Source: Octopus sinensis (Eukaryota). Taken from it: 64,000 bases of DNA. The stretch is from assembly GCF_006345805.1 (NCBI RefSeq), contig NW_021830031.1, positions 62,001-126,000 of the forward strand. Direction: 5' to 3'. The notes below the pieces were generated by a model. That model saw nothing but the letters and a program-made list of their open reading frames with translations, searched no databases and was not told the DNA's origin. Positions 13,285 to 27,640 of this stretch are shown here, in pieces (within the stretch, counting starts at the first letter, position 1; each line of letters begins with the position of its first letter). Made by a program: the position numbers and the translations under genes.

Positions 13285-14130
13285 GGGATCAGTCGATTAT
13301 ATTGATCCCCAATATTTTGACTGGTACTTTATTTTATCGACCCTTGAAAGGATGAAAAGCAAAGCTGACCTCGGCAGAATTTGAACTCGGAATGTAAAAA
13401 AGCCGGAAGAAGTGCTGCCAAGCATTTTGCCCGAAGTACTTAGCGATTCTGCCAATCCAAGGCCTGAAATATTGGTTTCCAATTTTGGCACAAGGCCAAT
13501 TCCAATGTTCAACTGGTACTTATTTTATCGACCCCAAAAAGATGAAAGATAAAGTTGACCCCCACCGCCGATATTTGAACTCAGAACGTGAAGGCAGACG
13601 AAATGCGGCTAAGCATTTTTGCCCGGTGTGCTTAACGATTCTGCCAGCTCGCCGACTTCCAAGGCCTGAAGTTATTGCCAGAAACAGTCGGTTACGTCGA
13701 CCGACCCTTGAAGGACGAAAGTCAAAGCTGACCTCGGTGGTATATGAACCCAACAATAATAATAACTGTGTAAGATTGTAGCACGAGACGAGCACTTCTG
13801 ATGGGAGATGGCTAGGCGATAACATCCACTCCTTAACTGTGCTTAACTGGTACTTATTTAATCGACCCCAAAAGGATGAAAAGTAGAGTCGACTTCGGCG
13901 GGATTTGAACAAAAGGAATGAAAGAAATGCCGCTAAATATTTTGTCCGACGTGCAAGTAATTCTGCCAGCTCACCGCCTTTATTTTTTAAACTTGTTTTT
14001 TATTAACATAGGCATGAGGTCTGAAATTTGGATGTTATACGATTACATTAATTGGAACTTTATTTTATCGACCCCAAAAGGATGAAATGCCGAATGCCGG
14101 CGCGGTAACGATTCTGCCAGCTCGCCAATA
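13285..14130 (-). mobile_element. Cluster of decayed family C SINE copies
   Basis: Repeated CTGGTACTTATTTTATCGACCCC...GATGAAA...TTTGAACTC...ATTCTGCCAGCTC blocks at ~13320, 13510, 13845 and 14055. Confidence 0.7.
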
Positions 14131-15193
14131 AGAAAGTGATAGGAGATGGAGGGGAGGGAGAAGGCATTTGTCTGCTATTTCTAGCAGGTCAAATGACTAC
14201 TCAGGGTTTTCCTCGTCGGCTTGTATAAGCCTCAATGTGATGGTGACAATGGTAACAGCAGCGAGGGCGTGTTTATAAGTGATGCTAATTGAGAAAAAAG
14301 ATGAGGAAATGATGATGAGGATGATGGTAGTGACGATACTAATGTTGCTGTAGTAATTGTTGATCATGATGATGATGAATGAGGCAGGTGGTACGAAACA
14401 CTGATGCTGGCTGGCTAGCGTGATGGTGGCGACGTGAGTGAATATCCAGCCTTATGCAAATGAGGGCGACGATGTCGACGGAGGTATTGATATGACGGTG
14501 GTGGTGGTGATGGTGACGACGAAGATACCGGTGATGTTAATAATGATGATGATGCTTCTACTGACGATGGTAATAATGATAGTGGTTCTGATGGTCGTAG
14601 CGATGGTTAGTCATAACTGTTACTGTTGCTGGCGGCGGTGGCAATGATGGTGGTGGTGTTGGTGGTGGTGGTGCGTTGTTCAACCCCAGGTGGGATATCT
14701 CTGACTTATGTCCAAAGACGTTCCAACCACGACCACCCTGTCCCTTTAGGTGCATCTAAAACTGTATGTATTATATATATAATGTGACCTTCACCTTTTT
14801 TTTTCTTTTTGAAGACGACTGTCTTCAAAACAGGGTTTGGCTGCTATTTCTAGCAGATCGGGCGATATGCGTACAGGCTTGCTCATTGATAATGGTGATG
14901 GTGAAGGTGACGGTGGCGGTTGTGATAATGATATGGTGTTCGTATGTTGAGTGTACTATTGATGATGATGATGACGATGATGATGATGATAGGGAGGAGG
15001 CGGTAGAGGAGGACGCTGAAGTTCGTTATGAGTATGATGATGATGATGCTGACAATGATCATCTTTCGAGTATTCTAATTTTATTCACATCTAGGATGCA
15101 TTATGGAAATATTAAATCAATGCTAGTAGCACTTCACTAAATATTTTTTTTTTATTTTGATCGATCTTCAATCGGTAGGACGAACAATAATAC

Positions 15194-15249
<56 letters not shown>

Positions 15250-15387
15250 AGAGAGTAAAACATGCAAAGTTGATTTCGGTACGATTTGAACTCAGAACGT
15301 ACAGAGGGGAAGGAACTAAATAACATACCGCTATACTAAAGTCATTTTGCCCGACACCCAACTCACTCTGGCAATCCACGCCTCAGA

Positions 15388-16360
15388 GATGACGACGATG
15401 ATGATGATGATGGTGATGATGATGATGATGACGACGGTGGTGGTGGCGGTGGTGGTGACGGCGGTGGTGGCGGTGGTGGTGACGATGATGGAGATGGTAA
15501 TGATGCCGATGATGGCTATGATGATGATGACGACGACGGTGGTGGTGGCGGTGGTGGTGGTGACGATGGCGAAGACTATGACGACGACAACGATGATGGA
15601 ATACAAGGGTGATGATGATGATGATGACGATGGTGATGACGAAGGCGACTCATGTTTGAATACATGTTCGCAATTAAAAAAAGAAGGCAGCGAAATAAGT
15701 TGGCAGCGGAAGGTGGGTGTGGGTGTGGGAGTAGGAGAGTGTACTCGAAAATGGTGGTGGTGGTGGTGGTGGTGGTGGTATGATGATGGTGATGGTGAGG
15801 TGGGGGGGTAAGACACAGAGCGAGATGGAGGGAGAGAAAGGAAACGAGGGAAGGAGAAAACAGCGACAAGTAAATCAGGAGACTCTCCATCACATAAAAA
15901 AAACCATTCTGCTCCCCACCCCACCCAGTCGCCCTTCATTTAGGCGGGGTGGGTGGGGGGCGGAAAAAAGGGGTACATGGGCGAAGGTGGGGTGGGTGGG
16001 GTGGTGGCTGAGAGGAGCTTTGAGTTGCAGATGACGAGTGGAGGGGGAGAAGGATTGTAAGGATGAAGGGAGATGTTAGAGAGTGGTGGTGGTGGAGGTG
16101 GAGGTGGTGGTGATGGAGACGGGTGGCGGTGGTGGTGGCGCTGTTGAGATGTAAATGCCATGTGGAGGCGTAGGGGATGCTAATGCTTATGATGACGGCG
16201 ATTGTGATTGTGACGATGATGATGATGATGATGATGATGGCGGTAGTTGTGATGATAGCAGTAGTGGTAGTTATGATGATGATGATGATGATGGCTGTGG
16301 TGGTTGTGATGATGATGATGGTGGTTGTATTGGTGATGATGATGATGATGATGATGATGG
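15388..16360. repeat. Degenerate (GAT/GGT/GAC)n trinucleotide tracts
   Basis: Directly visible; source of the poly-M/V/D/H ORFs in the track. Confidence 0.85.
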
Positions 16361-16651
16361 CTGCTAGGGTGGTGAAAGGCTGATGGTGATGAAAAAATGG
16401 AGGGATAACAGTGGCATATCGGTGCTTAGAGAGTCGGGGGTTATGGGGATAAATAAACCTTACGCTACCAATGCCAAGGTTGCTTATCAAAGAACCTTTT
16501 CTTTACCGCATATTGCCAAACACGAAACAGAAAAAAAAAAAACTGAAACAGATTTTTTTGGAAAGAAAAACAAAAACGCACCCGATATTTATTGAAGGGA
16601 GACACGCAGACGACCCCAATGTGTGTGTACGTGCGATTATGCATACATACG

Positions 16652-16712
<61 letters not shown>

Positions 16713-17712
16713 GTCAATGTATGTATGCACATGTATTTAGAAATGTATATGTATGTATGTGTGAATCAATGTTTAATGTGTGTGCGTGTGTATATATATA
16801 TATATACGTTGCTCCAGCATGGCCACAGTCAAATGACTGAAACAAGTAAAAGAGTATACGTATTTACATGTGACTGTATTATATACACACACGCATGCAT
16901 GTTAATATATCTACGTATATCTAATCTACATGTAGGCATCGGTCTTCGTATATATGTATGTGTATAAATGTAGCGTGCATACATACATACATACATACAT
17001 GCACACACACACACACACACATAGAATCCTCAGTCGGAATCTTGCAATTTAAATTCGGTGACATGGCAAGAACCGTTACAGCACAGGACAAAATACTTGA
17101 CGATATTCATTTCAGCTCACCGAGCTTTGCGTTCAAACCCCACCGAGATCAGTTTTTCCTTTCATCCTTTAGCTGGGAGGGGGGGGGGGTCGATAAAATT
17201 AATTAGCATTGCCAAATCCACGACCATAGATTAGCAGAATCGTTAGAGCAATGGACGGGGGTGTTCTTGCAGTTTTTGTTCCGACTCTTTGGGTTTGGAG
17301 TGCAAGACCAGGTTGTGATAGATAGACTTAACATATTACCCGATTTAACCCTCACCACCTGGTCTTCGGGCACTTTTAGCCTTTAGTAGAGTTTCCCTGG
17401 GACAAGCAACTCGTTTGAGAATAATTCCCTGCCTGCGTGCCTGCCTGCTCGCCCTTAATCTAGGAGGTCCTGAAAAAATATATATAATAAATAACGGGGC
17501 TACGAGAAGCAACCCGTCCGTCCCACGTCGACGATGCAGTAAATAGAAATAATAAAAACTATATTGAACTAGGACAAGAAATTGTCACCCGAATGCTAGC
17601 AAAAACTTGGGATTGTATTTAGAGAAAAAAGCAATTACCAAAAAAATAATTGAAATGAAATAGATTATAACACAATGGGACTGCTCATTCTTCAGTCTTT
17701 AATTCAACTAGT

Positions 17713-17784
<72 letters not shown>

Positions 17785-18259
17785 GCGTTCCTGTAGAATA
17801 GAGTCGTAATTTCTTTGGATTGGGGTCGTGTGCGTGTTTTAACCATATCGCAGATGACAATTCTGCAAAGAAAATAAGGAAAGAGAGTGAAGAGGTTTCT
17901 GTCTCACCCGTTTCTACGTAATATTTCAACTGAGACTCTGTTTTCGGAAGTTTTTGGGGTTTTTTTTTATTAACTATTTTTCATTTTTTTTTTTTTAGAT
18001 TTAGGGTTTAAGAAGTCGCGTATATATTTTTAAAGAATTCTCATCTCAGATGTTAAAAAAAACATAAATCTGAGGGGGGAGGTGTGGGACTGTAGAATTA
18101 AGCCAAAACTTAAAGGTGGAGAAAGGAAAAACTTCTTTTTTTATTTCCCACCCTTTCCAGAATTGTAATCTGCAATGCTTGAAATATACACATCCGAAAA
18201 AGATTGCAGTTTTTGCTGCTCGTGATAATTATCGATTCCATTCTACACCATATTATATA

Positions 18260-18312
<53 letters not shown>

Positions 18313-18427
18313 CGTCTTGCTTTGAAAAACTGCATTGGGTATGATTAGTGAAAGTTTTGGTAGAAATGACTTATGTCCCTCTTAGTGTGAGGCATTTATC
18401 TGTAATAATGCCCTCTATATAATATAA

Positions 18428-18461
<34 letters not shown>

Positions 18462-18983
18462 GAAACATGCATGCATACATGTGTATGCGTAGCTTCTATC
18501 ATGTGGATATCTGTAGCTTAGCGTATAGTGTTTGTATATACATGCGTGTGTGTGTGTGTGTGCATGTGTGAGTTATACAGTGTCTGTGCGCGCGCGCATA
18601 TACACACACACAATCCGGAAAGACGGTGTAAAGTAAGAAACCGTTCGAGTCGGATTTGAACTCAAAGACAAACGCACGAGATGCATCCCACTGAATTTGT
18701 TAATACAGACAACATAGCGAACGATCAACTTATGCAGGCGTATTTGGGGGGGCCCCAGCATGGCCACAACCTTCTGGCTCTTGTGTATGTGTGTGTGTGC
18801 CTGTGTAGCTAGATAAATTAGATATTTCGATGGGCAAATATTTCAGATACAAAACGTTAGATTTATTGGAAAATTTGTATCGATACATAGGTAGGGAAAC
18901 GTCTTATACACACGCACATATTTGTAGAAATATATACATATATCCCACTAATTAGACAGACAGGCAAACACGAAAAGAAAGAA

Positions 18984-19007
18984 AGATAGATAGACAGATA
19001 GATTATG

Positions 19008-19090
<83 letters not shown>

Positions 19091-19092
19091 GC

Positions 19093-19158
<66 letters not shown>
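18984..19158. repeat. (GATA)n microsatellite
   Basis: Directly visible. Confidence 0.95.
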
Positions 19159-20292
19159 TCAAAGGATCAAATCGAACACAAATATATTTCATAGATTAAT
19201 GATGAATAAGCAAGCCACAGCTGGTGAAATAGCGGTTCCTACCGAACAATGATAGTGGTAGTATACAATGATTGGGATCGAACGTATCAATAGAACACAC
19301 AAGGACAAATCGGCAATTAGTAAAAGTGTGGGTAGGTGTGTGTGTGTTTAGACATGTATGTATATATATGTATGTGTGTGTGTGTGTGTGTGTGTGCATA
19401 TGTAGATGAAGACACGTGAGAATGCAGGAATGTGTGCGTGTGTGTACACACATGTATTCACAGACACACACATACATATTCACAGATAATTCGAGATGAA
19501 AACATGTAGACATGTACATACAGGTACTAGTTTGTTGTCAAGTTTCCTTACACGTGTATTAAATATACATATATATATATATACATAATATATATTATTC
19601 AAACATGTATACATATACGTTTTTTTTTTATACACATATATATTCGTGTTTATTATTAGTGAGTGAGTGTGTGTATATATATATGTATATATGTGTTTTA
19701 TTTCAGTCAAGCATGTATACATGTGTATCATATACGTGTATATATATACGCGCACACACTTTGATCTTAGCTAAAAGGTCGATATTTCTGTTGATTCCCC
19801 AACCAGAAACGATAAATTGCAGAACCCAATAAATATTACGTTAAGTGTAGACCATTCTTCAATGCATAATAAATGAAGGACTCCTAATTACAGTTCGCTT
19901 GAATTACACGTTTCCAATCACTCAGCTGGTAATCCGAGATTGATTTTTTTTTATCTTCCTTTAGAATATATTTACTCCTTGAATACATTTTCGAAGTGTG
20001 TGTGTGTGTTTGTGAGAGAGAGAGATGGATAGGTATTTGTATAATTTCCTTTATGTACATGTATACACGAGTTTGTGTATGTATAAAATGTGTGTATACA
20101 TATAGTATTTCGTGTATGTATGTGTATACACACAATGTGTGTAATATGTGTGTTGTGATGTATATGTTTAGATGTCAATGTATAAAACAGCTGTGTGTGT
20201 GTGTGTGTGTACACGTGTTCATGTATGTATGTATACATGTATATATGTATGTATATAAAGCGGAAAAAGAAATCAGTCGTGATGGTCCTTAC

Positions 20293-20337
20293 CTGATTGG
20301 CTTTGTTAATCTGCTTCCTTAATCCAGCGAAAGACAT
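20293..20337 (-). CDS. EndoA: Endophilin-A (SH3GL1/2/3 family, N-BAR + SH3), first coding exon encoding the amphipathic helix H0
   Basis: ATG at 20337 gives MSFAGLRKQINKANQ, matching the endophilin-A N-terminus (Drosophila-type MAFAGLKKQINKANQ; vertebrate MSVAGLKKQF). It is followed by a strong phase-0 donor CAG/GTAAGG at 20292. The frame beyond the donor is low-complexity intron. Confidence 0.92.
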
Positions 20338-21314
20338 GATTCCTATTTTTGTAAGAACTTCACGGCGTTAAGGAGTGTGTATAAATATATACAATGTGTA
20401 TATATAATTTATATATAGAGATATGAAATATCTGAATGCTGTAGATATGGGACTCCTGTGTTTTAGCGGGTAAATAAAACCCTTTCCTAAACTACGGTGC
20501 TTACAACAGCAATATATGTATCATTTATACATGTATATGTATATATCTATATGTATGTGTGTGCTGATATATATATATATATATACGTGTATATAATTAT
20601 ATATATGTATATATATTATATATATTTGTCTTGATCCTCCGTTTTCAGGATAAGTGAATATTGTATTGCTTATACATATACATATGTAAATTTATTTATA
20701 ATTATATATTTATATTTATATATATATGTATATGGATATGTATATATATAAATATTTATATATATGCACAGACTATCTATGTATATATAGAAATAAATAT
20801 ATATATTAGATGTTAATACCGTTCCTGTAAATAAATATTAAATTGTAAGAGAGCGGTGACACACCGCACAAAACTGGCAAGTGTACTCCTGATCATGAAC
20901 GAGGGTGTGTGTATATATGTATACTCATATATGCTTGTATGGATGTATGAGGCTCTTTCTCTCACTCACTCTCTCTCTATGTATATATATATATTGAAAT
21001 ATATATATATAAATTTATAGATATCTACGAGAGCCTGTGTGTTTGTGTGTTAGTCTGTCAAGTAGCAAGCCTGTACGTGAACACACTGTGGAAATATCTC
21101 AAGGATATATATATATATATCTATATCTATATACATATATATGTATAAACTGGGTGTATATGTTTTGTATGTGTATGTGTATGTGTGGAAATGGCCAATC
21201 TCACCGACCAAAGTACTGTTTGCTTACAATATCAGTTCTACTGTTGCTGCTTTCTATTTTGTCTTCGTATTCAAAGACAGAAATGAGAAATCATACCATA
21301 ATAATATTTATTAC

Positions 21315-21358
<44 letters not shown>

Positions 21359-21649
21359 CTATGTATTAATGTATATCTATATAGTTTTATATATGTGATA
21401 TATTAGTGCACATATATATGCGTGTGTTTGCGTGTATATATATATAATATATCAATATCTCACTGTTATTCCCCCCACCAATATTATCTACTATTTTAAA
21501 GCAGAAGATCGTGTAAGAAGATTCGATCTAACCAAAACCAAGGTATAAAAGTGCCGAGTGCACATATACATATGTATGTGTGTATATGGGATTGCGTAGA
21601 TGTTGAAGCGTGTATAGATGTAGAAGTGTGAGTATGTGTGTACAAATGA

Positions 21650-22700
21650 GAGGGAGTGAGTGAATGGGTTATGAATGAGTGAGCGGGAAGACAGTGAACG
21701 TTATGTGTGTGAGGTATACAGAGGGGAAAGGGGGGGTTAGAATAGAGAGAGAGAGAGGGGGATAGTCTAGGTGAATTAGTATGAATATGAGAGAGGGAGT
21801 ATATGTAAGAAACAGACAGAGGGGGAATGAAGGGAGATAGAGATAGAGAGAGAGGAAGCAGAGAGTGTCACAGTGAATGAGTATGAATATGAGAGAGGGG
21901 GGAGGGGCTTATGTGAAAAACTGAGAGAGAGAATGAAACAGAGATAAATGAGAGTGTTTCAAAGTGAAGGAGTATGAATATGAGAAGGGGTGTGACAAAG
22001 GGAAGGGTAAGAGGGATGTGGAAAGAGTGAGGGATATATATGAATAGAGAGAGAGTAAAAAGAGTGTGTTTGAGTGAATGAATATAAATAACTGTGTGAG
22101 TGAGAGAGAGAGTGAAAGAGGAAATATAGGAGTGTAGGGTGAGTGTGTATGTGTCTGACAAATAGAGAGAGGTTATGAAGAGAAAGAGAGTTATGGATAG
22201 AGGGATGAAGAGTAAGAGAGTTATGGATAGAGAGAGAGAGAGAGAGTGACGAATAGAGAGAAGGGTGACTAAATTTGGGAGAGTCTACGAAAAGGAGAGC
22301 GTATGCTTGAATATGAGTGAGTGTCAGAGCAAGAAGATGAGTATGAATATGAGAGTGGGTACGCGTGAGAAAGTGTAAGTTCTCACACAGACACACATGT
22401 GTATGAGTGTGCGTTTTTTGCCATCTGCTCGCACGAGTATGTGTGCGTGTATGTATATGTGTATGTATGTGTATGTGTGTGTGTGTGTGTGTGTCGCGTG
22501 GGTGTATATGTGTGTGTGTGTGAATTTGCGAAGCTACTATTACTACTGCTCTTTGCTGCAGCGCTGTGACTACGACGCTCTCTGCTTCTCTCACTTACTC
22601 TCTTTCCTACTCTATGTCTTTCTCTTCCCCTTCCTCCTCACTTTTTACTCTTCCTGTTCTACTACTGCTACCACTGCTCCCTGCTGCTGCTACTCCTTTA
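21650..22700 (-). promoter_or_regulatory. Candidate 5' UTR/promoter region of endophilin-A (long GA/TC-rich tract, then a more CpG-containing segment)
   Basis: Lies in the ~2.6-kb transposon-free interval immediately 5' of the ATG. Positional inference only; no TSS can be located from sequence. Confidence 0.25.
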
Positions 22701-22994
22701 ATATTGCATGGTGGAATGAAAGGGGAGGAGAGGAGAGGGGCAACGCTGTTTATGATCACTACGGTGTTTATTTAGTTGTTGTTGATGACGACGATGATGA
22801 TGATGATGGTGGTGCTGCTGCTGCTGCTGCTGTTGATGGTAATGATGTGATTGATTAAAGGAGCTGGTGATGCTGATGGTTGGTGATCGATTAAAGGAGA
22901 TGCTGATGTTGATAGTTTTTAGCCATGATGATGATGATGGTAGTGGTGATGGAGGCGATGATGGCGTACAGAAGCTCTTTCTCTTTTTTTTTTT

Positions 22995-23347
22995 TACTCT
23001 TTTACTTGTTTCAGTCATTTGATTGCGGCCATGCTGGAGCACCGCCTTAAAGTCGAGCAAATCGACCCCGGGACTTATTCTTTGTAAGCCCAGTACTTAT
23101 TCTATCGGTCTCTTTTTGCCGAACCGCTAAGTAACGGGGACGTAAACACACCAGCATCGGTTATCAAGCAATGCTAGGGGGACAAACACAGACACACAAA
23201 CACACACACATACATATGTATATATACGACAGGCTTCTTTCAGTTTCCGTCTACCAAATCCACTCACAAGGCATTGGTCGGCCCGGGGCTATAGGAGAAG
23301 ACACTTGCCCAAGATGCCACGCAGTGGGACTGAACCCGGAACCATGT
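22995..23347 (-). mobile_element. Family A SINE, slightly 5'-truncated
   Basis: High identity to the copies at 7980 and 11681; ends at CCCGGAACCATGT. Confidence 0.9.
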
Positions 23348-23887
23348 TGATGATTGTGGGGAAAAGAAGGTGGTGATGGCAATGGAGTTGAGATGGTAGC
23401 GGTGGTGGTGGTGGTGGTGGTGGTGGTGATGTATAAGCGGGGTAGACCTATAATCGAAGGCGTTCCAGATATGACAATGCCGGCTCTTTTTTTTTTCTTT
23501 CAGCTTGCTGGGTCTTGACCAAAGGGTTAGATCTTTTCTTGTGGCCTTTGCAGACCTTCCAAGACCGGTGTTTCTCTTCTGATGAAACTCTACTTGTTTC
23601 AAACATCGACCCAAAGCTTGGTATTTATTCTGATTCTGTCGGCATCTTTTGACGAACCTCTTTGTTACAGAAACGTAAGCAATCAGCAGCAGCACAGAGA
23701 AAAAAGATTCACACACACACACACATGATGGTGGTGGTGGTGGTGGTCATCGTCGTCGTCGTCGTCGTCGTGATAGTGATAGGAAGATGACGCACAAAAA
23801 GAAAAAAAAACTCTTAGTACCTTCTAGAAATGTAGTTAGCATTAAGAAGGAAATTCTAGCCATAGAAACCATGCCAAGGTAGACATA

Positions 23888-24357
23888 GGCGCAGGAGTGG
23901 CGGTGTGGTAAGTAGCTTGCTTACCAACCACATGGTTCTGGGTTCAGTCCCACTGCGTGGCACCTTGGGCGAGTGTTTTCTACTATAGTCTCGGGCCAAC
24001 CAAAGCCTTGTGAGTGGATTTGGTAGACGGAAACTGAAAGCCCGTCGTATATATATATATATATATATATATATTACGACGGGCTTCATATATATATATG
24101 TATGTATGTATCTATGTATGTACGTATCTATGTATGTATGTGTGTGTGTGTTTGTATGTTTGTGTGTCTGCGTCCCCCCAACATCGCTTGACAACCGATG
24201 CTGGTGTGTTTACGTTCCCGTAACTTAGCGGTTCGGCAAAACTAAACCGATAGAATAAGTACTGGGCTCACAAAGAATAAGTCCTGGGGTCGATTTGCAC
24301 GACTAAAGGCGGTGCTCCAACATGGCCGCAGTCTAATAACTGAAACAAGTAAAAGAG
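23888..24357 (+). mobile_element. Full-length family A SINE
   Basis: GGCGCAGGAGTGGCGGTGTGG head to GAAACAAGTAAAAGAG tail. Confidence 0.9.
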
Positions 24358-25336
24358 TATAGGAGCTTAGATTAGTCTTCTTGCTCGTCAGCGTCTGTCG
24401 AACCATCCAACCCATGCCAGCAAGAAAAACGCACGTTAAACGTTGACGACGACGATGATGATGATCCTTCTCCTCTCCTGTTTTTTTTAAGGCGCTAAGA
24501 TGTAATTTGAGGGGATTTAGGCTGTTATATCTAGAATGTCGAGTGAACACGAAGACTGCCTTCTAGTCTCCAACACTCGTCAGCATGGTCAGGTGAGGAT
24601 GTAGTTAATTAGTAGATTGGTAATAACTTATAACTTGGAGGAGTAAAGCTTGTTTAGGGTCACTCGACTGGCTACAAATAGCACTCAAATCTCTATTATG
24701 TCACTTTTTTTTCGCCCCTTTTTTTTTAGTTCATAAAACCAGTTACTCAGTTTCCAAGTCATAGGAGAGACCGCGATCACAACATACCCCACTGAACGGG
24801 ACGCGAAATTTTTTTTTCCCACGCGAGTTCTGGACCCCAGTTATGAACTCATTTGCATACAGCCAATCAGAGCTCAACTATCAAACTATTTTATGAGCGC
24901 ATAACAAGTGATGGGCGATAAGATAAGGTCACTTGGATGAGGAATGACCATGCTTCTTTTCTCTTTTGATAATGCTTGTTGTTCTTGTTCTTGTTTCAAC
25001 CATGGCTGCCTCTGCGTAGTTATTTGTGTTGTTCTTTACTTTGTAAAACAGTAAGTGGAGAGGGTTGCTAGCACATCGCCCTCTACCCAGATTTTTCCCA
25101 TCCACATCCAAGTGATGGCCTAACAAAATCCGGTAATAGGTACAGATACAAATCTATCTAATAGCTTTCTCCTTCTAAAATCAGGCATAACTTGGCGATC
25201 GATCGATTCACAACACCGGTCTTCATCTTAAGTTTACTTGGTACAGTGTGTTTGTTAACTCGACAAGATCAAGGTGAGCTGTATGCAAATTGATTGTATG
25301 CAAATGAGTTCATTACTTGGGTCCGGAACTCTAGTG

Positions 25337-27640
25337 CAGTCGTTCTCAAAAGGTGCGCCCCGGAAGATGTCTAGGTGCACCCTGAGATTTTCCAAAGACG
25401 TTCATCCATATATATATAAAGAAGTAAATGTATAGCTACTTTCTTATATTTTACAATTACCTTACGGATAGACCGGTATTTCCGTCAACAAAAAATTTTG
25501 ACAACAGCACTCTTCTTTGCAACGAACAGCTCACTTCAGGCCTGCAAGCAGGTTCGATACGTGTTGTGAACGTGTTTGAACGAGATTTGAACGACTCTGC
25601 AACAGCCAAGCATCCGACAGTGTAGCACTTGCAGGCGGTGGTAACAGACGTGGTATTTTTATTGCGTTAAACAAGCATTCAGAGTGGAAGTGTTGTTATT
25701 TTCACTTGCAAAAAAGTACACCCATACAAAATGGATAGGTTTCTTATTAAAATGAAGCGTGATATTGATGAATGTGAACCTGGAAATGAGCAAAACTTAA
25801 GTGAAGCAAGCTGTTCAAATAAGAAACTGAAAGCGCGACCAACTCGCAAGTACGATGTGAGTTATTTAAGCTTTGATTTCACATGGAGAAGACCATACTT
25901 TGCTGCTATGTTTCGTACGTGGAAATAAAATGTTAAATGAATCATTGCTTCCTAGCAAACTGAGCAAACATTTAAAAACTAAACATCCTCATTTACAAGA
26001 TAAATCTACAAATTATTTTAAGAGATTGTCTGAACAGTAAACTAAAGCGGCAAATTCTTTCATAAATAAAGCGACTGTCCCTGAGAAAGCTCAAATCGCT
26101 TCCTACCCAGTTTCAGAACTGCGTGCAAAAAGGTAGTCTCGACAATGCTTGGGAATGAAGAAGCAAAAGAAATAAGCAAGATTCCACTGTCCAACGATAC
26201 AGTTCACAGGAGCATTTTAGAAATGTCTTCTGATATCGAGAAAAATGTATGTAGTGATAAACTTAAGTATTCACCTTTTGCATTGCAAGTTGATGAGTCA
26301 ACAGACATCATCATCAAGGCACAGCTCTTAGCATTCATTCGTTTTATCGATGAAGATCAAATAGTAAATCAGTTTCTTTTTTTGCAAAGAATTAAGTGTC
26401 ACTACAAAAGGAGAGGACGTTTTCAGCATTCTGAATACATACTTTGATAAATGGCTGTTATCGTGGAAATCATGTGTGGGTATTTGTACAGATGGAGCCC
26501 CTTCCATGATAGGCTGTGTTAAGAGTCTCACAGCTTTTGTAAAAACACAAAATGAGGATGTCATCGTTACTCACTGCTTTCTTCATAAAGAGCCCTTGAT
26601 GGCAAAAATATTAGGAAAGGAATTAAAAGAAGTTTTAGATCTAGTTGTTCAGATGGTAAACTTTATTAAAACAAGATCGGTCAAATCTCGTATATTCGAA
26701 GTTTTGTAGAGATATGGATTCTCAACACAAACGGCTGCTTTTGCACACCGAAGTAAGGTGGCTGTCAAGAGGAAAAGTACTTACCTGTGTACATGAGCTA
26801 CAACACAAACTTCTTGCGTTCTTTGAAGAAATTAACAAATCTAATTTTTGTGACCTTCTTCGTTCCGAATTTTGGATTGCCAGGTTATAGTATTTGGCCG
26901 ATATATTTCAGCAGCTCGATATTTTAAATACTAGCATACAAGGGAAAGAAGAAAGCATTCTAATGTCCACTGACAAAATGAATTCTTTCCAAAGAAAACT
27001 TAAGATTTGGAAAGGAAAAGCTGTCGAAGCGAATTTGGAAATATTTCCTTTGTTAAGTCAAAGTGAAACAGGCATAAATGAAACACTCCCGTTAATAGTC
27101 GAGCATTTAGCAAGTTCAGAAGAAAAATTGAAAGCTGAACACTATGACTGGATTAGAAACCCATTCGTGGAAACTTCCAATGATTTCGAATTAACATTGA
27201 TAGAAGAAGAGGAACTCGCTGCTATATCAACTGATCGTGGATTAATGATGAAACACAAGGAATTGTCACTTGAAGCTTTCTGGATTTCTGTAAAAGAGGA
27301 ATAAGTTTTGATTTCCAAAAAAGCTCTTACAATTTTGCTGCAATTTTCAACTTCATATCTATGTGAATTGGGATTTTCCACTCTTTCTACTATCAAGTAC
27401 AAAAAGCGAGGAACACTTACACTGATGAAGAAATGTGAGTTTGTCTTTCAAACATACATCCAAACATTGAAGAAAATGCCAAGACACATCGAGATAATGT
27501 TTCCCATGAACTCAAGAATGAAGAATCTTAAGGTATGTGTTATTTTCTGTTATTTAGTTTAGAAATTTGTTTATGGTGCGCCCACAATTATTTGTAGGGG
27601 TTCAAGTGCGGCCTGACTTCAAACGAGTTGAGAACCACTG
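25337..27640 (+). mobile_element. Full-length hAT transposon, Buster/Charlie (ZBED5/SCAND3-like) group, inactive
   Basis: TIRs CAGTCGTTCTCAA (25337) and TTGAGAACCACTG (27628-27640). 8-bp TSD CTCTAGTG / CTCTGGTG with the central TA typical of Buster elements. Confidence 0.95.
25731..27510 (+). pseudogene. Degenerate hAT (Buster) transposase
   Basis: Motifs RKYDxSYL, PSKLxKHL, IPLSNDTV, FALQVDESTD, GICTDGAPSM, HCFLH, LHTEVRWLSRG, WIRNPF and STSYLCELGFS in the expected order, broken by several stops and frameshifts. Confidence 0.95.

Noticed and set aside
19972-20292. Continuation of the endophilin ORF past codon 15
   Set aside because: Follows a canonical GTAAG donor and translates to H/T/I/Y microsatellite sequence; intronic.
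25731-27510. Domesticated ZBED/SCAND3-type host gene
   Set aside because: Multiple stops and frameshifts with intact TIRs and TSD indicate a dead transposon copy.
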